From contig NC_002937.3 in NCBI RefSeq assembly GCF_000195755.1, positions 1,380,001 to 1,412,000 on the forward strand: a DNA stretch of 32,000 nt, written 5' to 3'. The position numbers and the translations under genes are program-made. The DNA is from Nitratidesulfovibrio vulgaris str. Hildenborough. GTDB taxonomy: Bacteria; Desulfobacterota; Desulfovibrionia; Desulfovibrionales; Desulfovibrionaceae. Shown here piece by piece: positions 9,127 through 19,611 of this stretch. The notes below the pieces were generated by a model. It was given only the letters and a program-made list of their open reading frames with translations. It did no database searches and was not told the DNA's origin. How positions within the stretch are numbered: position 1 is the stretch's first letter; each line of letters starts with the position of its first letter.

Positions 9127-9144
9127 TTGTGAAAAAATTTACAA
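9127..9144. promoter_or_regulatory. Rex-type operator upstream of sat
   Basis: TTGTGAA-AAAA-TTTACAA matches the Rex consensus TTGTGAA-N4-TTCACAA at 13 of 14 half-site positions. On the sat strand a TTGACA hexamer (9152-9147) lies 2 nt upstream of it. The site is about 130-150 nt upstream of the sat ATG. Confidence 0.55.
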
Positions 9145-9555
9145 AATGTCAAGCGGCAAAGCGCGAAAATCAGAACGCACTGCAAAGGGCACAATGAATA
9201 AAGGGCCAATAACCTGTATTCGCAGGGCAAGCTCAAGACTGGAGAGGATGGCGGGCACATTTCGCTGATTCAATGCATGCTTCAGAATCGTGAGCTCCCG
9301 CGTCTGCCTGTCGTCATTGTTCACCGTTATGGTTCAGAATGTGATTAATGGTGCAAGCGTTGGGTGGATGGGGCTGGCGTTGAAGGTTGGGTGATGCGAG
9401 AAAGTTCTTGTGCGCTTCTGAAGAAGGGGATATTCAAGGTGGGTTCGGAGTTGATCCGACAACGTCCTCGGGGCGGGCTGCTGGCCCCCGGGGGCCCCGT
9501 GTCGTAGCGCGCATCGTTGCCGGGTAGGTGAACCGGCGGCGGGGTGTGCTGTTGC

Positions 9556-9584
9556 TTGACAATCGCTGATCGGGGCGCTATGTC
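9556..9584 (+). promoter_or_regulatory. Sigma70-like promoter of the rpsL-rpsG-fusA operon
   Basis: TTGACA (9556-9561), 17-nt spacer, TATGTC (9579-9584). It lies about 50 nt upstream of the rpsL ATG. Confidence 0.5.
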
Positions 9585-9632
9585 GTTTCCCCTTTACCGG
9601 TTGTTTTCGATTTTCATTCACGGAGGAGACTC

Positions 9633-10004
<372 letters not shown>

Positions 10005-10019
10005 TAAGGGAGTTTTTAG

Positions 10020-10490
10020 ATGCCTCGCAAAGGACCTGTCCCCAGACGTGAGATTCTGCCCGACCCGCTGTACAACAGCCGTCTTGTCGCCCGCTTCATC
10101 AACCGACTCATGTACGACGGTAAGAAGGGTGCGGCTGAAAAGATATTCTACAGTGCTCTGGACACCCTTGCCCAGAAGACTGGTGAAGAGCCTCTGAAGG
10201 CTTTCGAGAAGGCGATCGAAAACGTGAAGCCCCACCTCGAAGTGAAGGCTCGTCGCGTTGGTGGTGCCACCTATCAGGTGCCCATGGAAGTTCGCCCCGA
10301 CCGTCAGGTCTCTCTTTCCCTGCGCTGGCTCATCGCCTACTCCCGCTCGCGCGGTGAGAAGGGTATGGTGAGCAAGCTCTCGGCAGAACTTCTTGACGCC
10401 TTCAACAATCGCGGCGGCGCCGTGAAGAAGAAGGAAGACACCCACCGCATGGCCGAAGCCAACAAGGCTTTCGCCCATTACCGCTGGTAG
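10020..10490 (+). CDS. rpsG: 30S ribosomal protein S7
   Basis: 156 aa, [20 protein letters not shown]..., canonical S7. Confidence 0.98.
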   Translation: MPRKGPVPRREILPDPLYNSRLVARFINRLMYDGKKGAAEKIFYSALDTLAQKTGEEPLKAFEKAIENVKPHLEVKARRVGGATYQVPMEVRPDRQVSLSLRWLIAYSRSRGEKGMVSKLSAELLDAFNNRGGAVKKKEDTHRMAEANKAFAHYRW

Positions 10491-10505
10491 AGCCGGGAGA
10501 CCACA

Positions 10506-12581
10506 GTGGCACGAGTAGTTCCTATCGATATGCAGCGGAACATCGGTATCATGGCCCACATTGACGCGGGCAAGACCACGACTACCGAGCGTATCCTCTT
10601 CTACACGGGCGTTTCCCACAAGATCGGCGAAGTCCATGACGGCGCAGCCACCATGGACTGGATGGAGCAGGAGCAGGAGCGTGGTATCACCATCACTTCT
10701 GCTGCTACCACCTGTTTCTGGCGTGAACACCGTGTCAACATCATCGACACCCCCGGCCACGTCGACTTCACCATCGAAGTCGAACGTTCCTTGCGTGTCC
10801 TTGACGGCGCGGTCTGCGTATTCGACGCCGTTGCCGGTGTCGAACCCCAGTCCGAGACGGTGTGGCGTCAGGCCGACCGTTATGGCGTTCCGCGCATCTG
10901 CTTTGTCAACAAGATGGACCGTATCGGGGCCAGCTTCGAGCGTTGCGTCGGCATGATCCGTGACCGTCTGCGTGCGAAGCCGATTCCGGTTCAGCTTCCC
11001 ATCGGTGCCGAAGACCGCTTCGAAGGCGTCATCGACCTCATCACCGGCAAGGCTGTGACTTTCGACAAGGCGTCGAAGGGGCAGACCTTCAACGTGGGGG
11101 ATGTGCCTGCCGAGTACCGCGATCAGTACGACGCCATGCGCTTCGAGATGATCGAGGCCGTAGCTGAGGAAGATGAAGCGCTCATGGAGAAGTATCTCGG
11201 TGGTGAAGAACTCACTGTCGAAGAAATCATCTCCTGCGTACGCAAGGCCACCATTGCCCGTAACATCGTTCCGGTGCTGTGCGGTTCCGCCTTCCGCAAC
11301 ATGGGTGTGCAGCCTCTTCTCGACGCTGTCGTCGACTTCCTGCCTTCGCCTGTCGACATCGAACAGATGAAGGGTGTGAATCCGGACAAGGAAGAAGAGA
11401 CCATCGTCTGCCCCTGCGACGACAAGGAACCTCTCGCTGCCCTCGTCTTCAAGCTCTTCTCCGACCCGTACATCGGGCACCTCTCGTTCTGCCGCATCTA
11501 TTCTGGCTTCATCGAGTCAGGCATGACGGTTCTGAACGCGAACACCGGCAAGCGCGAGCGTGTCGGTCGCCTGCTGAAGATGCACGCCAACAAGCGTGAA
11601 GAAATCAAGTGGGCGGGTGCTGGTGATATCGTGGCCCTTGTTGGCCTCAAGCTGGCTTCGACCGGTGACACCATCTGCGATGAAAAGCGCCCTGTGGTGC
11701 TCGAATCGCTGGATATTCCGGAGCCGGTCATCGAGGTTGCCATCGAGCCCAAGACCAAGGCTGACCGAGACGCCCTTTCCGCCGCGCTCGCCAAGCTTGC
11801 CAAGGAAGACCCGTCCTTCCGCGTGAAGGGCGACGACGAGACCAACCAGACCCTGATCGCCGGCATGGGCGAACTCCATCTGGAAATCATCGTCGACCGT
11901 CTTACCCGCGAGTTCAGCGTCAACGCCAACGTGGGCAAGCCTCAGGTCGCCTACCGTGAGACCATCACCAAGCCCGGCAAGGCTGACACGAAGCATGTCA
12001 AACAGTCTGGTGGTCGTGGTCAGTACGGTCATGCCGTCATCGAAATCGAACCGAACCCCGGCAAGGGGTACGAGTTCGTGAACAGCATCACCGGTGGTGT
12101 CATTCCCAAGGAATACATCGCCCCCATCGACAAGGGTATCCAGGATGCGCTCAAGAGCGGTATCCTTTCTGGCTTCCCCACTGTCGACATCAAGGTCAAT
12201 CTTGTCTTCGGTTCGTACCACGACGTCGACTCTTCGGAGCAGGCGTTCTACGTGACCGGTTCGATGGCTATCAAGGAAGCCATCGCCAAGAGTGGCCCGG
12301 TTCTGCTTGAGCCCATCATGGACGTCGAAGTCGTCACCCCTGACGAGTACCTCGGCGATGTCATGGGCGACCTGAACGGTCGTCGTGGCAAGGTGCAGAG
12401 CATGGAAGCACGCGTAGGTGCGCAGTCCATCCGTGCTCAGGTCCCCCTGAGCGAGATGTTCGGCTACGCGACAGACCTGCGTTCGAAGACGCAGGGCCGT
12501 GCGACCTTCTCTATGCAGTTCCATCATTACGAGCGGGTGCCTGCGGCTCTCGCCGAGGAACTTGTAAAGAAGAAGGGCTAG
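10506..12581 (+). CDS. fusA: Elongation factor G
   Basis: 691 aa. G1 motif [24 protein letters not shown] start. Confidence 0.97.
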   Translation: MARVVPIDMQRNIGIMAHIDAGKTTTTERILFYTGVSHKIGEVHDGAATMDWMEQEQERGITITSAATTCFWREHRVNIIDTPGHVDFTIEVERSLRVLDGAVCVFDAVAGVEPQSETVWRQADRYGVPRICFVNKMDRIGASFERCVGMIRDRLRAKPIPVQLPIGAEDRFEGVIDLITGKAVTFDKASKGQTFNVGDVPAEYRDQYDAMRFEMIEAVAEEDEALMEKYLGGEELTVEEIISCVRKATIARNIVPVLCGSAFRNMGVQPLLDAVVDFLPSPVDIEQMKGVNPDKEEETIVCPCDDKEPLAALVFKLFSDPYIGHLSFCRIYSGFIESGMTVLNANTGKRERVGRLLKMHANKREEIKWAGAGDIVALVGLKLASTGDTICDEKRPVVLESLDIPEPVIEVAIEPKTKADRDALSAALAKLAKEDPSFRVKGDDETNQTLIAGMGELHLEIIVDRLTREFSVNANVGKPQVAYRETITKPGKADTKHVKQSGGRGQYGHAVIEIEPNPGKGYEFVNSITGGVIPKEYIAPIDKGIQDALKSGILSGFPTVDIKVNLVFGSYHDVDSSEQAFYVTGSMAIKEAIAKSGPVLLEPIMDVEVVTPDEYLGDVMGDLNGRRGKVQSMEARVGAQSIRAQVPLSEMFGYATDLRSKTQGRATFSMQFHHYERVPAALAEELVKKKG

Positions 12582-12596
12582 TTGATCTGCCTTCGA

Positions 12597-12627
12597 GACC
12601 CCGGCTTCGGCCGGGGTCTTTTTTTTT
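12597..12627 (+). terminator. Rho-independent terminator after fusA
   Basis: Stem GACCCCGGC/GCCGGGGTC with TTCG loop (12597-12618), followed by T9. Confidence 0.85.
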
Positions 12628-12638
12628 GTGGAAATGTG

Positions 12639-12667
12639 TTGACTGGGGTGCTGGCTCCGTGTAGAAG
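12639..12667 (+). promoter_or_regulatory. Candidate sigma70-like promoter inside the fusA-rpsJ spacer
   Basis: TTGACT (12639-12644), 17-nt spacer, TAGAAG (12662-12667). A second TTGACA at 12764-12769 has no good -10 partner. Confidence 0.3.
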
Positions 12668-13019
12668 ATTCTTCGCGCCACCAACTGGCGTGATTTTTAA
12701 GACCCCTGTGACGGCAGGGGAAGGGCGGATGGAGTCCGTCCTGATGCGCTTGGTTCGCCAAGTTTGACATTTGCAGGCGTTACTTATGCCGCAATTTTGT
12801 CTTGCCGTTCCAGTCCAGAGTGTGGGCTGTAAGGTACTGAACATGCGCGGGGAGCTTGGTTTCCCCGATTGGGTAACCCTGTGGGACCACCTGACTAGCC
12901 GGACATTGTCCGGTAAGGGCCAGGCTGGCTACACGCAAACGTATCTTCCTTGTTCGAGCGGATGGCTGTAGCTGGCAACTGGTCAGCAATCACTGTCTAG
13001 CTTTCGAGAGCAACGAAGA

Positions 13020-13043
13020 TACCCCGCAAATAGCGGGGTTTTT
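13020..13043 (+). terminator. Intrinsic terminator or attenuator 187 nt upstream of rpsJ
   Basis: Stem CCCCGC/GCGGGG (13022-13027/13033-13038), loop AAATA, then T5. Confidence 0.6.
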
Positions 13044-13230
13044 GCGTAGCATCGTTCTGCCTGAGTCCGCGTCGAAGGATTGTGACGAACGGCGACCTCA
13101 TGCGCTCTTCGTCCGGGCGGAGATCGATGCCGCCACCGTCTGTGAGGAACTCGCGCCGGAGGGCACTCGCTTCCCGTGGCGGGCTGCCGGAAAGCAAGGG
13201 TATGTTTTCCAGATAACGGAGTAATCAACA

Positions 13231-13548
13231 ATGACGACAGTTAGCAGTGATCGTATCCGGATCAAGCTCAAAGCTTACGATTACCGCATCCTGGACAAGG
13301 CTGTGGCTGAGATCGTAGATACGGCGCGCAACACGGGCGCTGGTGTCGCAGGTCCTATCCCCCTGCCCACCAACATCCATAAGTTCACTGTGAACCGAAG
13401 CGTGCACGTGGACAAGAAGTCGCGTGAGCAGTTCGAGATGCGTATCCACAAGAGGCTCATGGACATCCTCGAGCCCACGCAGCAGACCGTGGACGCCCTG
13501 GGCAAGCTGAGCCTGCCGGCCGGCGTTGACGTCGAAATCAAGCTCTAG
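13231..13548 (+). CDS. rpsJ: 30S ribosomal protein S10
   Basis: 105 aa, ...[14 protein letters not shown]..., GGAG RBS. Confidence 0.98.
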   Translation: MTTVSSDRIRIKLKAYDYRILDKAVAEIVDTARNTGAGVAGPIPLPTNIHKFTVNRSVHVDKKSREQFEMRIHKRLMDILEPTQQTVDALGKLSLPAGVDVEIKL

Positions 13549-13560
13549 TGAGAGGAAGTC

Positions 13561-14190
13561 ATGGCTGAGAAAATGGGAATTCTGGGTCGCAAGATTGGTG
13601 TGACCCGCATCTTCGCCAGCGATGGTTCCGCCGTGGCTGTCACGGTCATCAAGGCCGGCCCCTGTCCGGTCACTCAGGTAAAGACCGTCGCTACCGATGG
13701 GTATGACGCCATCCAAATCGCTTTTGACGAAGCCAAAGAAAAGCACCTGAACAAGCCTGAAATCGGCCATCTGGCCAAGGCTGGCAAGGGTCTGTTCCGT
13801 ACCCTTCGTGAAATCCGCCTCGAAGCTCCCGCCGCCTACGAAGTGGGCAGTGAGCTTGACGTTACCCTGTTCGCCACCGGCGATCGCGTCAAGGTCTCCG
13901 GGACCAGCATCGGTAAGGGCTACCAGGGCGTCATGCGCCGCTGGAACTTCGCCGGCTCCAAGGACACCCACGGCTGCGAAAAGGTTCATCGTTCCGGTGG
14001 TTCCATCGGTAACAACACCTTCCCGGGTCATGTGTTCAAGGGCAAGAAGATGGCTGGTCACTGGGGCAACGAGAGCGTGACCGTCCTCAACCTCGAAGTG
14101 GTGGACGTCCGCCCCGAGGACAACGTGATCCTGGTCAAGGGTTCCGTGCCCGGTCCCAAGAACGGCCTGGTCATGGTGCGCAAGCAGTAA
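13561..14190 (+). CDS. rplC: 50S ribosomal protein L3
   Basis: 209 aa, [13 protein letters not shown]..., canonical order after rpsJ. Confidence 0.97.
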   Translation: MAEKMGILGRKIGVTRIFASDGSAVAVTVIKAGPCPVTQVKTVATDGYDAIQIAFDEAKEKHLNKPEIGHLAKAGKGLFRTLREIRLEAPAAYEVGSELDVTLFATGDRVKVSGTSIGKGYQGVMRRWNFAGSKDTHGCEKVHRSGGSIGNNTFPGHVFKGKKMAGHWGNESVTVLNLEVVDVRPEDNVILVKGSVPGPKNGLVMVRKQ

Positions 14191-14208
14191 CGAAAGAGGA
14201 AGATCACA

Positions 14209-14829
14209 ATGGCTGTGGTTAAAGTATACGATCAGAACAAGCAGGAAGCCGGAGAAATCACCCTGGCTCCCGAAGTGTTCGAAGTCGAGGTGAGGCCTGA
14301 GATTCTGCACCTCGTCGTGCGCGCGCAGCGTGCCGCCTTCCGTGCCGGCACCCATGCGACCAAGACCCGTGCCTTCGTCTCCGGCGGCGGCCTCAAGCCT
14401 TGGCGCCAGAAGGGCACCGGTCGTGCCCGTGCTGGCTCCATCCGTTCGCCCCTTTGGCGCGGTGGTGCCATCATCTTCGGCCCCCAGCCGCGCGACTACG
14501 AGTTCAAGGTCAACAAGAAGGTGCGCAAGCTCGCTCTTCGCATGGCCCTCAGCTCGCGTCTGGCCGGCAGCAACCTGCTTGTTGTCAAGGGGTTCGAACT
14601 GCCCGAAGTCAAGACCAAGCTGTTTGCCAAGATTGCTGACACGCTCGGCCTCGACAAGGCGCTGATCATCGCCCCCGAAGAAAACACGACGCTGGCCCTG
14701 TCTGTCCGCAACATCCCCGGGATCACCATCGCCACCCCTGAACAGCTCAGTGTGTACGAGATTCTCAAGCACAAGCAGCTCGTTCTCGTGGAAGGTGCCG
14801 TGGCCTCCGTTCAGGACAGGCTCAAGTAA
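14209..14829 (+). CDS. rplD: 50S ribosomal protein L4
   Basis: 206 aa, ...KPWRQKGTGRARAGSIRSPLWRGGA... Confidence 0.97.
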   Translation: MAVVKVYDQNKQEAGEITLAPEVFEVEVRPEILHLVVRAQRAAFRAGTHATKTRAFVSGGGLKPWRQKGTGRARAGSIRSPLWRGGAIIFGPQPRDYEFKVNKKVRKLALRMALSSRLAGSNLLVVKGFELPEVKTKLFAKIADTLGLDKALIIAPEENTTLALSVRNIPGITIATPEQLSVYEILKHKQLVLVEGAVASVQDRLK

Positions 14830-14842
14830 GCGAGGTAGGGTC

Positions 14843-15133
14843 ATGGACTACACGAAAATACTCATCAAGCCCCTCATCTCCGAAAAGACGACCTACATCA
14901 AGGAACTCTCCCGTCAGGTCGCCTTCTTCGTTGATCCCCGGGCCAACAAGATCGAGATCAAGAAGGCCGTGGAAGCGGCGTTCAAGGTGAAGGTCGCCGA
15001 CGTCAACGTGGTAAACCGCAAGTCTTCCGACCGCGTCCGTCAGGGCCGCGTTGTGGGCAGGGTTGCCGGCTTCAAGAAGGCTTATGTGACCCTCGCCCCC
15101 GGTGAAAAAATCGAATTCTTCGAGGGAGTGTAA
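14843..15133 (+). CDS. rplW: 50S ribosomal protein L23
   Basis: Start set at internal ATG 14843 (MDYTKILIKPLISEKT), 96 aa. The upstream part of the ORF-track frame overlaps rplD. Confidence 0.95.
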   Translation: MDYTKILIKPLISEKTTYIKELSRQVAFFVDPRANKIEIKKAVEAAFKVKVADVNVVNRKSSDRVRQGRVVGRVAGFKKAYVTLAPGEKIEFFEGV

Positions 15134-15136
15134 GCA

Positions 15137-15967
15137 ATGGCTGTCCGTAAGCTCAAACCGACCTCTCCTGGCCGTCGCTTCCAGACTGTCTCCGATTTCG
15201 AGGAGATCACCCGGAGCACACCTGAGAAGTCGCTCGTCATCGGTCTGACCAAGAAGAGCGGTCGTAACAACAACGGTCGTGTAACCAGCCGTCGTCGTGG
15301 TGGTGGCCACAAGCGCCTCTACCGCATCATCGACTTCCGTCGTGACAAGGCTGGCATTCCCGCGAAGGTCGCTCATATCGAGTACGACCCGAACCGTACC
15401 GCTCGTATCGCACTGTTGCACTATGCTGACGGTGAGAAGCGTTACATCCTCGCACCTGTCGGCATTCGTCAGGGCGACATGATCCTTTCCGGCGAAGGTG
15501 CCGACATCAAGCCCGGCAACGCGCTTCCGATGTCCCGCATCCCGGTGGGTACCAACCTGCACAACATCGAACTGCAGCCCGGTCGTGGCGGTCAGTTCTG
15601 CCGTGCAGCTGGCACCTACGCCCAGCTCGTCGCCAAGGAAGGCAAGTACGCGCTGCTGCGCCTCCCCTCCGGTGAAGTTCGCAAGGTGCTTGCCGCCTGC
15701 TGCGCCACCGTGGGCCAGGTTGGCAACGTCAACCATGAGAACATCTCCCTGGGCAAGGCCGGCCGCGCACGCTGGCTCGGCAATCGCCCCAAGGTCCGCG
15801 GCGTAGCGATGAACCCGATCGACCACCCCTTGGGTGGTGGTGAAGGCCGCAGCTCCGGTGGCCGTCATCCGGTGTCCCCGTGGGGTATGCCCACCAAGGG
15901 CTACAAGACTCGCGACCGGAAGAAGGCTTCTTCCAAGCTCATCATCAAGCGCCGCGGTCAGAAGTAG
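15137..15967 (+). CDS. rplB: 50S ribosomal protein L2
   Basis: 276 aa, ...GGGHKRLYR...[14 protein letters not shown]... Confidence 0.98.
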   Translation: MAVRKLKPTSPGRRFQTVSDFEEITRSTPEKSLVIGLTKKSGRNNNGRVTSRRRGGGHKRLYRIIDFRRDKAGIPAKVAHIEYDPNRTARIALLHYADGEKRYILAPVGIRQGDMILSGEGADIKPGNALPMSRIPVGTNLHNIELQPGRGGQFCRAAGTYAQLVAKEGKYALLRLPSGEVRKVLAACCATVGQVGNVNHENISLGKAGRARWLGNRPKVRGVAMNPIDHPLGGGEGRSSGGRHPVSPWGMPTKGYKTRDRKKASSKLIIKRRGQK

Positions 15968-15976
15968 GAGTAGAGC

Positions 15977-16258
15977 ATGCCCAGGTCTCTGAAGAAAGGC
16001 CCGTTTGTAGACGGGCATCTGATGAAGAAAGTGGATATGGCTGTGGCGAACAGCGACCGTCGCGTTATCAAGACGTGGACGCGTCGCTCCACCATCCTTC
16101 CTGAGATGGTGGGCCTGACCTTCGCCGTGCATAACGGCAAGAAGTTCATGCCTGTGTTCGTTACCGAAAACATGGTCGGTCACAAGCTGGGTGAGTTTGC
16201 TCCCACCCGCACGTACCATGGCCATGCCGCCGATAAGAAGAGCAAAGCCAAGAAGTAG
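15977..16258 (+). CDS. rpsS: 30S ribosomal protein S19
   Basis: 93 aa, [15 protein letters not shown]... Confidence 0.98.
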   Translation: MPRSLKKGPFVDGHLMKKVDMAVANSDRRVIKTWTRRSTILPEMVGLTFAVHNGKKFMPVFVTENMVGHKLGEFAPTRTYHGHAADKKSKAKK

Positions 16259-16270
16259 TGGGTGACTCCG

Positions 16271-16609
16271 ATGGAATCGAGAGCAACTGCGAAATTCATG
16301 CGCGTTTCTCCGCGCAAGACCCGACTGGTCGCCCGTAACATCGACGGGCTGCCCGTCGAGGATGCGATGAACCTCCTGCGGTTCACCCCCAATAAGCCGG
16401 CCGGTGTGCTTTACGACGTGCTGCGTTCAGCGCTTGCCAATGCCCAGCAGATGCCCGGCGTTGACGTGGACGCCATGGTCGTCAAGCAGGTCGTCGTGAA
16501 CGAAGGCCCCAGCTGGAAGCGTTTTCTGCCCCGTGCACAGGGCCGCGCTACTCGCATCAAGAAGCGCACCAGCCATATCACCGTGATTCTCGCAGAAGGT
16601 CAGGAATAG
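16271..16609 (+). CDS. rplV: 50S ribosomal protein L22
   Basis: [20 protein letters not shown]... The ATG at 16271 is preferred to GTG 16262. Confidence 0.93.
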
Positions 16610-16613
16610 GCTT

Positions 16614-17252
16614 ATGGGTCAGAAAGTACATCCGTTCGGGTTCCGGCTGGGGTACAACAAGAACTGGCAGTCCCGCTGGTACAGCAAGAAAGAGTACCCT
16701 GCCTTCGTGTTTGAAGACCACAACATCCGCAAGTTCGTGAAGAAGACCCTCTACCATGCGGGTCTTGCGAAGATCGAGATCGAACGTGCCGGCGGTAAGG
16801 TGCGCCTCATTCTGAGCACCGCCCGTCCCGGTATCGTCATCGGTCGCAAGGGTGTGGAAATCGAGAAGCTCCGTGCCGACCTGCGCAAGAAGTTCAAGCG
16901 CGAGTTCGCCATCGAAGTGAACGAGATCCGCCGCCCTGAAGTCGAATCGCAGCTTGTGGCTGAGAACATCGCTCTTCAGCTTGAGCGTCGCGTCGCCTTC
17001 CGTCGTGCCATGAAGCGCACGGTGAGCATGGCTCGCAAGTTCGGTGCTGAAGGCATCAAGGTCACCTGCTCCGGTCGACTTGCCGGTGCTGAAATCGCGC
17101 GTACCGAATGGTACCGTGACGGCCGCGTGCCGCTGCAGACCCTGCGCGCTGACATCGACTTCGGCTTTGCCGAGGCCCGTACCACGTACGGTGTGATCGG
17201 CGTCAAGGTCTGGATATTCAAGGGTGAACTCCTTGACAACGAGGTAGCGTAG
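16614..17252 (+). CDS. rpsC: 30S ribosomal protein S3
   Basis: 212 aa, [13 protein letters not shown]..., KH domain. Confidence 0.98.
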
Positions 17253-17254
17253 CA

Positions 17255-17668
17255 ATGCTTAGCCCCAGAAAGGTAAAATTCCGCAAGTGGCAGAAGGGCC
17301 GCAACAAGGGTGTCGCCACCCGCGGTGCCACTGTCGCTTTCGGTGATATCGGTCTCAAGGCCATCGAGCACGGCAAGCTGACGAGCCAGCAGATCGAAGC
17401 TGCTCGTATCGCCATGATGCGCCACATCAAGCGTGGCGGTAAGGTTTGGATTCGCATCTTCCCCGACCGCCCCGTAACCGCGAAGCCCCTCGAAACCCGT
17501 CAGGGTTCCGGTAAGGGTTCGCCTGTGGGCTGGTGCGCCCCCGTGAAGCCCGGTCGCGTGCTTTACGAAATCAAGGGTGTCAGCCTCGAACTGGCCAAGG
17601 AAGCTCTGACTCGTGCTGCGCACAAGCTTCCGGTCAAGACTGTCATCGTCGTGAGAGAGGGCGTCTAA
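17255..17668 (+). CDS. rplP: 50S ribosomal protein L16
   Basis: 137 aa, [16 protein letters not shown]... Confidence 0.98.
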   Translation: MLSPRKVKFRKWQKGRNKGVATRGATVAFGDIGLKAIEHGKLTSQQIEAARIAMMRHIKRGGKVWIRIFPDRPVTAKPLETRQGSGKGSPVGWCAPVKPGRVLYEIKGVSLELAKEALTRAAHKLPVKTVIVVREGV

Positions 17669-17669
17669 G

Positions 17670-17855
17670 ATGAAGGCCGCTGAACTTAGGAAACTCACTG
17701 CCGAAGAGCTTAAGACCAAGCTCGTCGAGCAGCAGCAGGAACTGTTCAATCTGCGCTTCCGTCATGCCACCGCGCAGCTGGAGAACACCTCCAGCATGGG
17801 TGACGCCCGGCGTACCATCGCGCGGATTCAGACCATTCTGAAGGAAAAGGAATAG
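17670..17855 (+). CDS. rpmC: 50S ribosomal protein L29
   Basis: 61 aa, MKAAELRKLTAEELKTKL... Confidence 0.96.
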   Translation: MKAAELRKLTAEELKTKLVEQQQELFNLRFRHATAQLENTSSMGDARRTIARIQTILKEKE

Positions 17856-17865
17856 GGAGCGTAGC

Positions 17866-18132
17866 ATGTCCGAAGCTACTTACCAGCGGAAGGGAAGAAC
17901 GCTCGTCGGAATCGTCGTCAGCGACAAGAACGACAAGACCATCGTCGTCCGCGTCGAGACTCTGGTCAAGCACCCGCTTCTGAAGAAGTATGTGCGCCGT
18001 CGCAAGAAGTTCACCGCTCATGATCCCATGAACGAGTGTGGCATTGGCGACAAGGTTAAGATCATCGAGTTCCGTCCGCTTAGCCGCAACAAGCGCTGGC
18101 ACCTCGAATCCATTCTCGAAAAAGCCGTCTAG
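17866..18132 (+). CDS. rpsQ: 30S ribosomal protein S17
   Basis: 88 aa, ...GIVVSDKNDKTIVVRVE... Confidence 0.97.
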   Translation: MSEATYQRKGRTLVGIVVSDKNDKTIVVRVETLVKHPLLKKYVRRRKKFTAHDPMNECGIGDKVKIIEFRPLSRNKRWHLESILEKAV

Positions 18133-18142
18133 GGGTTAAACG

Positions 18143-18511
18143 ATGATCCAGGTTGAATCCACACTGCAGGTGGCGGATAATTCCGGCGCGAAGAAGGTCG
18201 CCTGCATCAAGGTGCTCGGCGGTTCCCATCGTCGGTACGCCACCGTGGGCGACATCATCATGGTCTCCGTCAAGGAAGCCATGCCTCACTGCAAGGTGAA
18301 GAAGGGTGATGTCATGCAGGCTGTCATCGTGCGGACCGCCAAGGAAGTCCGCCGCGCCGACGGCTCCTACATCAAGTTCGACTCCAACGCCGCCGTTCTC
18401 CTGAACAAGCAGGGTGAACCGGTCGGGACCCGTATCTTCGGTCCCGTTGCCCGCGAACTTCGCGCTCGCAACTTCATGAAGATCGTCTCCCTGGCGCCTG
18501 AAGTCCTCTAG
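18143..18511 (+). CDS. rplN: 50S ribosomal protein L14
   Basis: 122 aa, [18 protein letters not shown]... Confidence 0.98.
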   Translation: MIQVESTLQVADNSGAKKVACIKVLGGSHRRYATVGDIIMVSVKEAMPHCKVKKGDVMQAVIVRTAKEVRRADGSYIKFDSNAAVLLNKQGEPVGTRIFGPVARELRARNFMKIVSLAPEVL

Positions 18512-18520
18512 GAGTTCACC

Positions 18521-18844
18521 GTGAAGCAGTTTCGTATTCACAAAGACGACAAGGTGATGGTGATCGCCGGTAAGGACAAGGGGAAGATCGGCAAGGTGCT
18601 CAAGATCCTTCGCAACAAGGATCGCATCCTCGTCGAAAAGGTGAACGTGGCCAAGCGCCACGTTCGTCCCAACCCCTACCGTCAGCAGCCCGGCGGCATC
18701 ATCGAAAAGGAAATGCCGTTGCACGTTTCGAACGTGATGGTGGTGTGCGATGCCTGTGCCAAGCCTACGAAGGTCGGGTACCGCTACACCGAGGACGGCA
18801 AGAAAGTCCGCTTCTGCAAGAAGTGCAACGAAATCATCGACTAA
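18521..18844 (+). CDS. rplX: 50S ribosomal protein L24 (Cys4-containing form)
   Basis: 107 aa, [22 protein letters not shown] start with TAGGAG RBS. C-terminal CDAC-x19-CKKC. Confidence 0.96.
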   Translation: MKQFRIHKDDKVMVIAGKDKGKIGKVLKILRNKDRILVEKVNVAKRHVRPNPYRQQPGGIIEKEMPLHVSNVMVVCDACAKPTKVGYRYTEDGKKVRFCKKCNEIID

Positions 18845-18855
18845 GGTGAGAGACG

Positions 18856-19395
18856 ATGACGCGTCTTGAAAATATCTACCGCGAGAAAGTGGTTCCGGTA
18901 TTGCAAAAGGAGTTCAACTACGACTCCTCGATGCAGGTTCCCGGGATTGTAAAAGTCTCTCTCAACATCGGTCTCGGTGCTGCGAGCCAGAACAACAAAT
19001 TGATGGAAGAAGCCCTCAAGGAGTTGACTGTCATCGCCGGTCAGAAGGCCGTCGTCACCCGTGCCAAGAAGTCCATCGCGTCGTTCAAGCTTCGCGAAGG
19101 CATGCCCATCGGCTGCCGTGTGACCTTGCGCAAGGAACGTATGTGGGACTTCCTGGACAAACTGATCAACTTCGCGCTTCCGCGCGTGCGTGACTTCAGA
19201 GGCGTTCCGGATCGTGGTTTCGACGGCCGTGGCAATTTCACGCTCGGCATCAAGGAACATGCGATTTTCCCGGAAATGGAAGCCGATAGGGTTGAGAATC
19301 CCAAGGGGATGAACATCACCATCGTCACCACCGCCACGACCGACAAGGAAGGCAAGCTCCTGCTCGACCAGCTGGGCATGCCTTTCAGAAAGTAA
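18856..19395 (+). CDS. rplE: 50S ribosomal protein L5
   Basis: 179 aa, canonical L5 sequence and position. Confidence 0.98.
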   Translation: MTRLENIYREKVVPVLQKEFNYDSSMQVPGIVKVSLNIGLGAASQNNKLMEEALKELTVIAGQKAVVTRAKKSIASFKLREGMPIGCRVTLRKERMWDFLDKLINFALPRVRDFRGVPDRGFDGRGNFTLGIKEHAIFPEMEADRVENPKGMNITIVTTATTDKEGKLLLDQLGMPFRK

Positions 19396-19407
19396 GGAGA
19401 AACGGCA

Positions 19408-19593
19408 GTGTCTCGTACCTCCCTCGAAGTCAAGGCGCAGCGCAAGCCGAAGTTCTCTGCCCGCGCCTATAACCGTTGCCCGATCTGCGGTCGTCCGCGT
19501 GCCTACCTTCGGAAGTTCGGCCTGTGCCGTATCTGCTTCCGCAACATGGCCCTTCGCGGCGAACTGCCCGGCGTTCGCAAGTCGAGCTGGTAA
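19408..19593 (+). CDS. rpsN: 30S ribosomal protein S14, short type-Z zinc form
   Basis: 61 aa, [10 protein letters not shown]...CRICFR. GTG start with AAGGAG RBS. Confidence 0.96.
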   Translation: MSRTSLEVKAQRKPKFSARAYNRCPICGRPRAYLRKFGLCRICFRNMALRGELPGVRKSSW

Positions 19594-19611
19594 AGTCACA
19601 AGGAGAAAGGA

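Noticed and set aside
9139-9621. Two minus-strand ORFs (61 and 95 aa) in the sat-rpsL intergenic region
   Set aside because: No RBS, atypical codon usage for this genome, a GTG start of convenience, and Pro/Arg/Ala-rich composition in the second. The region is treated as regulatory DNA.
12771-12971. 66-aa ORF (TTG start) and shorter peptides (12-aa MESVLMRLVRQV; 42-aa MRGELGF...) in the fusA-rpsJ spacer
   Set aside because: No convincing RBS, no codon bias, no recognisable family. The region looks like structured RNA, though a leader peptide cannot be formally excluded.
12790-13043. Hypothesis that the spacer transcript is 6S RNA, or SRP RNA, tmRNA, RNase P RNA or a riboswitch
   Set aside because: Hand folding gave only an interrupted closing stem (UUGC/GCAA, CCAGU/ACUGG, CCAG/CUGG) and no consistent 6S-like architecture. 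None of the signature motifs of the other RNA families are present. The class stays unassigned rather than named.
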